A DNA stretch of 39,749 nucleotides. Source: a virus. The stretch is from the IMG/VR virus record IMGVR_UViG_3300034010_000168, positions 1 through 39,749 of that record; one strand, 5' to 3'. Of the stretch, positions 1 through 7,104 are shown in pieces (position 1 is the first letter of the stretch; the number at the start of each line of letters is the position of its first letter). A program made the position numbers and the translations under genes. Below the pieces are notes generated by a model that was given only the letters and a program-made list of their open reading frames with translations, ran no database searches and was not told the DNA's origin.

Positions 1-141
1 GACGCCTTGAATTTCGACCGCATGGATAGCACCTGCCAAGTTTGCTTGGAATGCTACATCAGGCAACAAGCGTGCTGCCCTGTCCGCAGGTGCAACGTCT
101 GCAACCTTTGGAACCTCAACACTTGGTGCAGGGTCAGCGGC
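1..141. repeat. Left copy of an exact 141-bp direct terminal repeat. It marks the assembly overlap of a circular or circularly permuted genome with a unique length of 39,608 bp.
   Basis: Bases 1..141 are identical to 39609..39749 when read base by base. The minus-strand sheath ORF stays in frame across the junction. Confidence 0.95.
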
Positions 142-1278
142 CAAACCGCCCACGCGAACACCTTCTTGCAACTGCGCACGCAATTCTGCCTCAACAATCG
201 CAACACCTTGGTCAGTGTAAGGAATCTTTTTGGTGTTGACCAAAAGACCAAACAGACGTTCTTGAATGCGTGCCTGCAACCAGTCGATGAATTGAACGAT
301 GTCAAACCATTCGCCGCCTACAGTTTTCGCATTTTTCACAATCGAAACGCCAGCAAGTTCAATATAGTATGATGCATTTTTGAGTTCCAAATAACCGATT
401 TGGGTTGATGTCAATTTGGCAGGTGTGACCCCGACCAAGTTCTTGTATTCGCCAGTATATGAACCAGGGTCGAATGAAAGAACCGCACCCAAATATGCAG
501 CGTCTGGATATTCAGCCGCAACAGAGTTGAAAAACACCTGTGTGCGCATGAATGACTTGGCTTTCAATCTTGAAACGATGTCAGTTGAAACATTCGTGAT
601 GATTGCAGCCGCTGAACTTCGCGCCAAGTAAACTTTGCGCATTGTCTCGATAGTTTTTGTAGCCTCATCAATCGTCAAATCATCTGCACCAACAGTCAAA
701 AGCGCATACCAGTCGGCATCAAGTTCTGCATATCGCAGAATGTCCGTTGCAATCCCGACGTTCGCAGTTGTCACAACCTGTGCAAGGTTTGCAGATTGTG
801 TGACTGTGAACGAATGCCCTGCCGCTTTTGCAGTCAAGACAAGTGTCGTTGACCCTGATGCGTCCGCAGGACAATTTGTGTCTGCGTCGATCAAAGCCGT
901 GAGGCCTGTCACGATTTCTGCCGCCGTCGCATTTGAATCTGATGTGAACGAATAGACAACGCCGTCAATCGTCACCGTGTAAACCGCAGAGTTCACAACC
1001 GTTGGCGTCAACGTCACAACCTGTGCAACAGGTGTCGAAGTCTTTGCAATCTTAAGTTTCTTGATTTTTGGTTGCTGCGACAAAATTGCCGCTGCCATCT
1101 TGTATTCATCAGACGATGTTGCGAAATCTGCCGCAACTTCGACTAGTGATGCATAGGCGCGAACCTCATTTGTGAATGCTGCATTTGGTCCAAGGATGAG
1201 AGGCACCCCAAAACCTGCGCGTGAAATTGAACGTGTGCCCTTCACGATTGACACGTCAATGATTGAATCTAAAGCCAT
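1..1278 (-). CDS. Tail sheath protein (DUF3383-like). This is the 5' 1278 nt; the last 12 nt and stop lie at 39597..39608 across the circular junction, giving 429 aa in total.
   Basis: ATG at 1276..1278 follows SD AAGGGGGA. I checked every codon of this frame from 1278 down to 1 and found no stop. The ORF is missing from the track because it has no in-window stop. The C-terminus 'KKIPYTDQGVAIVEAEL...[29 protein letters not shown]' is typical of DUF3383 sheaths. The tube gene lies directly downstream. Confidence 0.85.
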   Translation of the reverse strand, partial: MALDSIIDVSIVKGTRSISRAGFGVPLILGPNAAFTNEVRAYASLVEVAADFATSSDEYKMAAAILSQQPKIKKLKIAKTSTPVAQVVTLTPTVVNSAVYTVTIDGVVYSFTSDSNATAAEIVTGLTALIDADTNCPADASGSTTLVLTAKAAGHSFTVTQSANLAQVVTTANVGIATDILRYAELDADWYALLTVGADDLTIDEATKTIETMRKVYLARSSAAAIITNVSTDIVSRLKAKSFMRTQVFFNSVAAEYPDAAYLGAVLSFDPGSYTGEYKNLVGVTPAKLTSTQIGYLELKNASYYIELAGVSIVKNAKTVGGEWFDIVQFIDWLQARIQERLFGLLVNTKKIPYTDQGVAIVEAELRAQLQEGVRVGGLAADPAPSVEVPKVADVAPADRAARLLPDVAFQANLAGAIHAVEIQGV

Positions 1279-1288
1279 GTTTCCCCCT

Positions 1289-1792
1289 TTAATTGTCATC
1301 AACAACAACAGTTGAATTGTCGAGTTCGTTCAAGACCTCGACCGTTTCAATATAACCTGCACCATTGTCAACCCGATTGATCGAAGTTGCAAACCGAAAA
1401 TCAAACTGTGCCCGACCCTCAACGTCTGTTTCCTGCAAAAGGTCTAGGACTCTGACATCACTTGTGTCGATGATGGCAATGTCAGACACCCTCAACAGTT
1501 CCTGAACGCTTGGCATTTCCAAGCTTGTCACCAATCGTTCGGCCAAATCGTTCGCATTGTTCCCAAACACATTGACCGAAAGTGTGAATGACCGCATTCC
1601 TGCAACATAGAACTGACCTGGAATGTCTTGGCGCAAGTTGTCGTGCCCGACCTTCACAGGTCCTGCAATGATGTCAATGGCAACATAAGGAATCGCAGGC
1701 CTTGGCGCACGCTGATTCATCCAAACAGTCGTGACCCCTGAAACAGTCTTGGCCCAATTGTGAATTTGATCTTTTTTGATTCTTGCAATCAT
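1289..1792 (-). CDS. Hypothetical virion protein. It may be a tail completion or sheath terminator protein, judged from position only.
   Basis: 167-aa ORF with TGATG stop/start coupling to the upstream gene. It sits immediately upstream of the sheath gene. No motif recognised. Confidence 0.5.
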   Translation of the reverse strand: MIARIKKDQIHNWAKTVSGVTTVWMNQRAPRPAIPYVAIDIIAGPVKVGHDNLRQDIPGQFYVAGMRSFTLSVNVFGNNANDLAERLVTSLEMPSVQELLRVSDIAIIDTSDVRVLDLLQETDVEGRAQFDFRFATSINRVDNGAGYIETVEVLNELDNSTVVVDDN

Positions 1793-2160
1793 CAGATGAC
1801 CTCGTCCTCAAGAATTGCATCGGCCCTATAATAGGTGATGTTCATGGCCTGCGGTTGAACGAAATTTGTGACTGCGAAAACTTCGAACCGTCTGCCATCA
1901 ATGACCAGAACATCAGAGTTTTTTTGAGTCTTGTCAGATGCGACAACGATTTTTGTGGTCGTGTATATTTTCACAGCCTCGCGGTTTGATTGATTTTCAG
2001 GCAGCCGCTGCAATTCATCTGGCGTCAAAGGTTGAACGCTTGCAATGATGTCAACCTGGACCTTTGGCCCACGAACCCAGTTTCCATTCGTGTCATAAGC
2101 CCCTTGTCCGATTGTCTCAAGCTTGATTTTTCTGCCGAACCTTTGAATCAAAGCAAGCAT
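1792..2160 (-). CDS. Hypothetical head-tail joining (neck) protein
   Basis: 122-aa ORF. Its ATG follows AAGGGGA and the TAA of the upstream gene. It lies in the connector block. Confidence 0.5.
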   Translation of the reverse strand: MLALIQRFGRKIKLETIGQGAYDTNGNWVRGPKVQVDIIASVQPLTPDELQRLPENQSNREAVKIYTTTKIVVASDKTQKNSDVLVIDGRRFEVFAVTNFVQPQAMNITYYRADAILEDEVI

Positions 2161-2691
2161 TTAGTCCCCTTTTTCAACCACAAGGTGTTGAATTGAGTTT
2201 ACAAGTTGACCAGTGTCAATCAATGGTTTTGATGAACCCTTTCGATCAATTGTTTTTGGGTCTAGGTCTGGCTTGATTCCTGCCCTGATTCGTTTCTGGA
2301 CCTTGGACTTGATTGAAAGCCCCAAGATTCCCAGCCCCCTCATTGCATCAATCGAACCAGATGAAACCTTTTTGAAAATGTTCAGCGTTTCAGTTTGCAG
2401 TTCTGATTTGTTGGCATCAATCGTCGCACGCAGAAACGACCGTTCAGGTGTGCGTGATGTTCCAAATTCATGGAACGTCGCAACCTCGACAAGGGTCAAT
2501 CCTGTTGGCTGCGCATTTGGCGAGTCGCCCGAAATTTCCTTGGCCTGGTCTGCCTTGCCCTCAAGAATGCCGACTTTGACAAATGGTTTGTTCGAAATTG
2601 CAGCCGCGTTTGCAAGAATCTTTGCATACAACGGCGAGTTTTTCACTGTGGTTCGAACCGTTCCTTTTGCCAACCTCTGCCCCCTAAACAA
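2161..2691 (-). CDS. Neck or head-closure protein, HK97 gp10-like
   Basis: 176-aa ORF. The C-terminal 'PLIDTGQLVNSI' resembles the TG.L..SI signature of the gp10 family. An alternative TTG start at 2673 lies behind AGGGGGCAGAGG. Confidence 0.5.
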   Translation of the reverse strand: MFRGQRLAKGTVRTTVKNSPLYAKILANAAAISNKPFVKVGILEGKADQAKEISGDSPNAQPTGLTLVEVATFHEFGTSRTPERSFLRATIDANKSELQTETLNIFKKVSSGSIDAMRGLGILGLSIKSKVQKRIRAGIKPDLDPKTIDRKGSSKPLIDTGQLVNSIQHLVVEKGD

Positions 2692-3085
2692 CCAATGGTG
2701 TTCGAAGTAAAGTCTTGCGCAATGCTATGAATTGTTGCCCATAACTCGTCGTCGCCAGTTCATCAGTGCCTGACCCAGTCGTCTGTCCGTATGATCTTGA
2801 GAGTTCACCAACTGATTCAGACGTGACACCGCCGCCGTTTCCCCCTCTGCCTGCCGCCGTGATGAGGTGACAAGTGATGAGGACGTGCGCGAGTTTGAAT
2901 TTTCGCCCGAACTTTGTTTCATTGACGAATGACAGTCCGTATTCAATGAACAGGTTGATTCGTTCGTCGGTTTCGTTTTCGAGTTCTGCCGCGAACGCTT
3001 TGATGTCTTGTGGTGTGATCGGGTCCAACTTCGCCCCCTCATGGTTCAAAGGATAGGGCAGGTCACGCGCACGCGCAACCCGCAT
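2684..3085 (-). CDS. Head-tail connector protein, DUF4054-like
   Basis: 'FGRKFKLAHVLITCHLIT...GGVTSESVGELSRSY' matches the DUF4054 pattern. The true start is probably TTG at 3028, 5 nt after GAGGGGG. Confidence 0.6.
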   Translation of the reverse strand: MRVARARDLPYPLNHEGAKLDPITPQDIKAFAAELENETDERINLFIEYGLSFVNETKFGRKFKLAHVLITCHLITAAGRGGNGGGVTSESVGELSRSYGQTTGSGTDELATTSYGQQFIALRKTLLRTPLVV

Positions 3086-3099
3086 GATTGAAAACCAGA

Positions 3100-3489
3100 C
3101 TATTCAGCCGAGGTTTCCTCTGCCTTTGTTTCGTCTCGATAGACGATTGTTTCAAGTTCTTTGATTTGTTTCTTGATGGCCGCCACAACTGGTTTTCGTT
3201 TTTCAGTTTTTAGCATTTCCTCAAGCGTTGGAACAAGCACCGTTTGCTGAACCAACTCGATGGCCTTGGCAGGTGCCATGTCTGCAAGCAACTTGGCTGC
3301 AACTTTGTCCCCTGATTTTTCCGAGTCCTCAATCACTTCGATCATGCCCTCATCAAGGTATATTTTGACGATTGGGTGTGATTTCACTTTGTCCCAATCA
3401 GATTTCAGAATGTGTGTGTTCAGTCCTGGAATGAGTTTCACCCCATCGCCAGCCTCAAAAATGTTTGCTTGGTTGTATTTTAAAAGCAT
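3100..3489 (-). CDS. Hypothetical protein (129 aa)
   Basis: ATG at 3487..3489 follows AAGGGGGACGCA. The longer track ORF (to 3549) would start inside the terminator stem, so I shortened it. Confidence 0.7.
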   Translation of the reverse strand: MLLKYNQANIFEAGDGVKLIPGLNTHILKSDWDKVKSHPIVKIYLDEGMIEVIEDSEKSGDKVAAKLLADMAPAKAIELVQQTVLVPTLEEMLKTEKRKPVVAAIKKQIKELETIVYRDETKAEETSAE

Positions 3490-3512
3490 TGCGTCCCCCT
3501 TATGTTGTGCCA

Positions 3513-3553
3513 ACAGAAAAACAAAAAACCCATGCCGAGTCAACGACATGGGT
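3513..3553 (-). terminator. Rho-independent terminator just downstream of the major capsid gene
   Basis: In the minus-strand RNA, ACCCAUGUCG / CGGCAUGGGU form a 10-bp stem with one G-U pair and a 6-nt loop. The stem is followed directly by UUUUUUGUUUUUCUG. Confidence 0.75.
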
Positions 3554-3579
3554 CTTGATGCTTTGAATATACTGACCGA

Positions 3580-4506
3580 CTAGATGCCGTCTGCGAATGC
3601 AACCGACAATGGATAGTAAATCAGAACGCCGCCGATTCTCGAATGGCAAGGAACAACAAACTCAAGGTTTCTTGATTGTGGTTCGAATTGTTCGAAATCT
3701 TGCGGAATCTCAAGCGTCAAATGATCAGGTGATTTTTTGTAAACCATCATTCTATTTGTGCCGCCTGCGCCTGCACCTTGCAATTCATTCACCCATTCAA
3801 CTTGCTTGATATAAGGTGACTGCTCAAGGAACAAGTCCAGGATTGATTTGCCATCGCCAGTTGTTGACCATGGTGTTGATTTCAACAAGTTGAATTGAGT
3901 CACTGGCAACAACATTGTGTCAGCTTGCTCAACTGCCCTTGTGTTTTCAACAACAAAGTTTGAAACTCTGTGAAGGTCACGCAAGATTTGTGCAGGTGTT
4001 TTGGTTGCGAATGTGGTTGTTGAACCAGTTCCATCGGCTGCAAGTGTGATTGAGCTAATGTTTGGATGATTCAAGAACCCCAAGATTCCGTGTGCCGCAG
4101 AACCGAAAAATGCAATGCTGTTTTCAATTTGCATGATTGCGCGTTTTGCTGCATTTGCACGACGCTGTTCAAGCGGTTTGCCTGCCATCTTTGCAGCGCG
4201 AATTTCTTGCACGTTGTAACCATAACTTGCACCCAATGAACGAACAACCGAAATGAACTCTTTGCCCCTGACATCGGCGCGAGGAATATCATCAGCATAA
4301 GATGCGATGATTTTCGCCATTCCGACTTGGTCGAATTGTTCATACTTGATTGTTTCTGCGCCAGGTCCTGCTTCAGAGGAAACAGGAATCAAGGCACGCG
4401 CCTTTAATTCTGCATACTTTACGTCATAGCTTTTGGCCTTGACGTGTTCAAGCTGCCGTCCAAAAAAGATGCTTTCGTCTGCATCTAAGTGAATAAATTT
4501 AGTCAT
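3580..4506 (-). CDS. Major capsid protein (DUF2184 / encapsulin-like family)
   Basis: 308 aa. The N-terminus 'DESIFFGRQLEHVKAKSYDVKYAELKARALIPV' and the gene order after DUF2213 and the cement protein are typical of the family. SD is TAGGGGGAACAG. A strong terminator follows. Confidence 0.85.
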   Translation of the reverse strand: MTKFIHLDADESIFFGRQLEHVKAKSYDVKYAELKARALIPVSSEAGPGAETIKYEQFDQVGMAKIIASYADDIPRADVRGKEFISVVRSLGASYGYNVQEIRAAKMAGKPLEQRRANAAKRAIMQIENSIAFFGSAAHGILGFLNHPNISSITLAADGTGSTTTFATKTPAQILRDLHRVSNFVVENTRAVEQADTMLLPVTQFNLLKSTPWSTTGDGKSILDLFLEQSPYIKQVEWVNELQGAGAGGTNRMMVYKKSPDHLTLEIPQDFEQFEPQSRNLEFVVPCHSRIGGVLIYYPLSVAFADGI

Positions 4507-4518
4507 CTGTTCCCCCTA

Positions 4519-5007
4519 TTAAAGATCAATTTCCAACAATGCCAGACCTGCGCCAGTTGTGCTTGAAAGCCATTTTGCATTTGGCAAAACCGCTGTTTCT
4601 GAAGCAACCGCCGCACCTCTGAACCCACCACGTTGACCAACACCTGCATAACGAACGTGAACATCTGATGTCCCTCGCGTCACGGCGTTTTCAACTTGAA
4701 CCCAAACGCGTCCTTTTTTCAGAACATTCACCGCAGAGTTTGGCGCATACTGTGGCAAACCTGACGCTGAACTTTCCATTGCTTGATGTGCAATTGCAAC
4801 ACCAACCAATTTTTTCACGTCTGTCACGTCACCTGCCGCCGCTGGCAATGCGATTTGATTCGCGCCTGCGCCGATTGCCGTCATCACACCAAATGGAATC
4901 GCTGCCGAAAGGTTTTCACCTGTGACAACATCCTGAACCATTCCTGCATCTGCCAACATTCCTGCGAATGCAACAGCCTGGTCAACTGCATAACTTAATT
5001 GAGACAT
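4519..5007 (-). CDS. Head decoration or cement-like protein (DUF2190 / Gp24-like)
   Basis: 162 aa, rich in Gly and Ala. It has the motifs 'IPFGV' and 'VLKKGRVWVQV' and lies between the scaffold/protease and capsid genes. Confidence 0.55.
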   Translation of the reverse strand: MSQLSYAVDQAVAFAGMLADAGMVQDVVTGENLSAAIPFGVMTAIGAGANQIALPAAAGDVTDVKKLVGVAIAHQAMESSASGLPQYAPNSAVNVLKKGRVWVQVENAVTRGTSDVHVRYAGVGQRGGFRGAAVASETAVLPNAKWLSSTTGAGLALLEIDL

Positions 5008-5008
5008 A

Positions 5009-6232
5009 CTATTCCCCCTTTTTCTTTGCCGCGAAAACGTGCGTTTTGTGTGCCTGCATAGACTCTTCGATCATCTTTTTTCGTGCCTCATCAGCACTGG
5101 CAGGAACACCGTCATTTCGAGTCTGTTTGTTTTTTCCAAAATCATCAACTGTTTTTTCTGTGCCCTCGACCATTTCAGCGATTGCATCAAATCGTGCCTG
5201 AACGTATTCAGCCGAACGACCCTCAAAGTTGAAATCTGGATATTTTTTTGAAATCACTTTTTTCATGATGTCCATGTCCAGGTCAGCATCGAACTTGGTT
5301 TCTTTGCCAAGAACGTCGCCAGCAACTTTTTCAAGCTTGATTCTTTTTTGAACCAAAGCGTGAACGGTTTTTTCGTCCGCAGAATCTTTGCGAACTTTCA
5401 ACTGTTCCATGGCCTCATCATACTTTGCTTGCAAGGCGTCTTTTTCCTTTTTCGCAGAGTCGAGTTCAACCTCTAGTTCAGCCTTTTTTTCTTCTTTGCC
5501 GCCCATGTCCTTTTTCATTTCGGCCATGTCCATTTCCATTTGTTGCAACTTTGCCATTTCAGCCTCAATTGCAGCTTTCATTTCTGGCGACACTTCAAAT
5601 TCTTTGCCGCCAATCATGAGTTTGTCCATTTTTCCCCCTTTGGTGTCTTGGTCCTCAAAAAGAATTGCATCATCCGAGTCAAGTTTCAAGCGAACTTGCG
5701 GACCTGCCCGACCTTTCGCAACCAATGCCACATGATTATATTGAATGTTTCGTTGAATCACATCATAAGGTTCGCCCTGAAATACACCTGGCGTTTCATC
5801 AAGTTCTGATTCATAGCCGCACGAAAGTTCATGCTTGCCGCCCTCAACATCTTGAATCGCAGAGTTGTCGTGAATGGTCAGAGTCGTTTCAAGAAACTGA
5901 TCATTCTTTTTCACAAGTTCCCCAGTCCAACCCACAGCCAATTGTTTGGCATTGTCTGCATTCACAAGCACTGTCGGGTGATCATTGGTCACAGGAATCA
6001 GTTTCAAAGTCTCAAGGGACTTTGGTGAAAACACCTCATCAGGGGGTCGCAGTTCCCTGACAATCGAACCGTCTGGTTTCTTGTATTTGAAAACCCCGAC
6101 CCTTGTCACAAAAGCAGGCAAACGAACAAACCCTTGCGGTGTTTTTTCGATCTTTGACAATTGTGTGCGGTCAAAACGACGAACCGTTTTCATCAATGCA
6201 ATGGTGAACTTTGTTTTGTCTGCGTGCAACAA
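5009..6232 (-). CDS. Prohead protease/scaffold protein (DUF2213) with a C-terminal K/E-rich coiled coil
   Basis: 'PQGFVRLPAFVTRVGVFKYKKPDGSIVRELRPPDEVF...IPVTNDHP' is the DUF2213 signature. The start is uncertain: TTG at 6232 or ATG at 6193. Confidence 0.75.
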   Translation of the reverse strand: MLHADKTKFTIALMKTVRRFDRTQLSKIEKTPQGFVRLPAFVTRVGVFKYKKPDGSIVRELRPPDEVFSPKSLETLKLIPVTNDHPTVLVNADNAKQLAVGWTGELVKKNDQFLETTLTIHDNSAIQDVEGGKHELSCGYESELDETPGVFQGEPYDVIQRNIQYNHVALVAKGRAGPQVRLKLDSDDAILFEDQDTKGGKMDKLMIGGKEFEVSPEMKAAIEAEMAKLQQMEMDMAEMKKDMGGKEEKKAELEVELDSAKKEKDALQAKYDEAMEQLKVRKDSADEKTVHALVQKRIKLEKVAGDVLGKETKFDADLDMDIMKKVISKKYPDFNFEGRSAEYVQARFDAIAEMVEGTEKTVDDFGKNKQTRNDGVPASADEARKKMIEESMQAHKTHVFAAKKKGE

Positions 6233-6255
6233 GTTTCTGCCAGCACGACTTTGGA

Positions 6256-7104
6256 CTATTCGGCCAAGAACTCATCGAGAACAGGTTCTGCGGTGCATCG
6301 ACATTGAATAGCCTCGCCTGGATGACCTTCGCTTGGGGGTGTGTCCCATCGGTGTTCTGTTCCCTCAAGGCGTTCGTGCGCGTCACGCACACGTTCGTCA
6401 AGTGATGTGCGCCAAATGTATTTGGTCACGCCGAGTTCACCTTGTCGAAGTTGATTCAGTTGTCCGTTGATCTTGTTGACCTGGTCCCTTGCAATCAGAT
6501 TGGCCCTTGATTCTGAAACGCCAAAGCGTTCCTCAATTTGGTCCGAAATGTTTTCCCATCTAGTCCCAGACGATAGTCCTGAATAGACACGTTCCTCGAT
6601 TTCGGCAAAGGTCCTTTGTGACAAGGACTCAATCAGGTTCACATTCTGCGCGACAAAAAGTTGCAGTTCGCCTTGCAGGTATTTTTCAGCAAAGATGACA
6701 TCAACGCCAGCCACACGTTTGAAACCTTTTTCCAAAGCCTCGCGGTTGAACTCACTGACTGCCATGCCTTTGCGCATTGCTATCCTTGCCAGTTCGGTCG
6801 CCGTGTATTCCTGCGAAAACATTCTTTTGATTTGGTCCATGAGTCGCCTTGCGGTTGACATCGCGTCGCCTGCGTCATCCTGCCTGACCTCAACTGGTCT
6901 TGCCTCGACTGCGGTTGCCACAATTTTCGGCAGTTGCGAAACTAGAACTTGATTTGTGATGGCTTTCATCTTGCGAACGATTGCCAAAAGGTCGCGTTGA
7001 TAGGACCTTTCGAGTTCCTTGGGTGCGCGTGCGCGAGGCCATCGACTGACCCTGCGCTTGGACTGCAATGACTGCCGCAACAAACGGCGTGACCGTTCAC
7101 TCAT
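6256..7104 (-). CDS. Head morphogenesis protein, SPP1 gp7 / Mu F family
   Basis: 'WRTSLDERVRDAHERLEG...HPGEAIQCRCTAEPV' is the MuF signature. TGATG coupling links it to the portal gene. Confidence 0.85.
   Translation of the reverse strand: MSERSRRLLRQSLQSKRRVSRWPRARAPKELERSYQRDLLAIVRKMKAITNQVLVSQLPKIVATAVEARPVEVRQDDAGDAMSTARRLMDQIKRMFSQEYTATELARIAMRKGMAVSEFNREALEKGFKRVAGVDVIFAEKYLQGELQLFVAQNVNLIESLSQRTFAEIEERVYSGLSSGTRWENISDQIEERFGVSESRANLIARDQVNKINGQLNQLRQGELGVTKYIWRTSLDERVRDAHERLEGTEHRWDTPPSEGHPGEAIQCRCTAEPVLDEFLAE

Noticed and set aside
7-955. Plus-strand ORFs 7..372, 42..239, 416..631 and 635..955 from the track
   Set aside because: They lie antisense to a 1278-nt minus-strand frame that I verified as open codon by codon. 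That frame has a strong SD and a DUF3383 sheath-like product. The plus-strand ORFs have no SD and no recognisable protein features.
2640-3690. tRNA-like T-arm strings (GGTTCGAACC near 2650 and GGTTCGAATTG near 3670)
   Set aside because: Both lie inside well-supported coding sequences and have no flanking acceptor or anticodon stem arrangement. No intergenic space is large enough for a tRNA.
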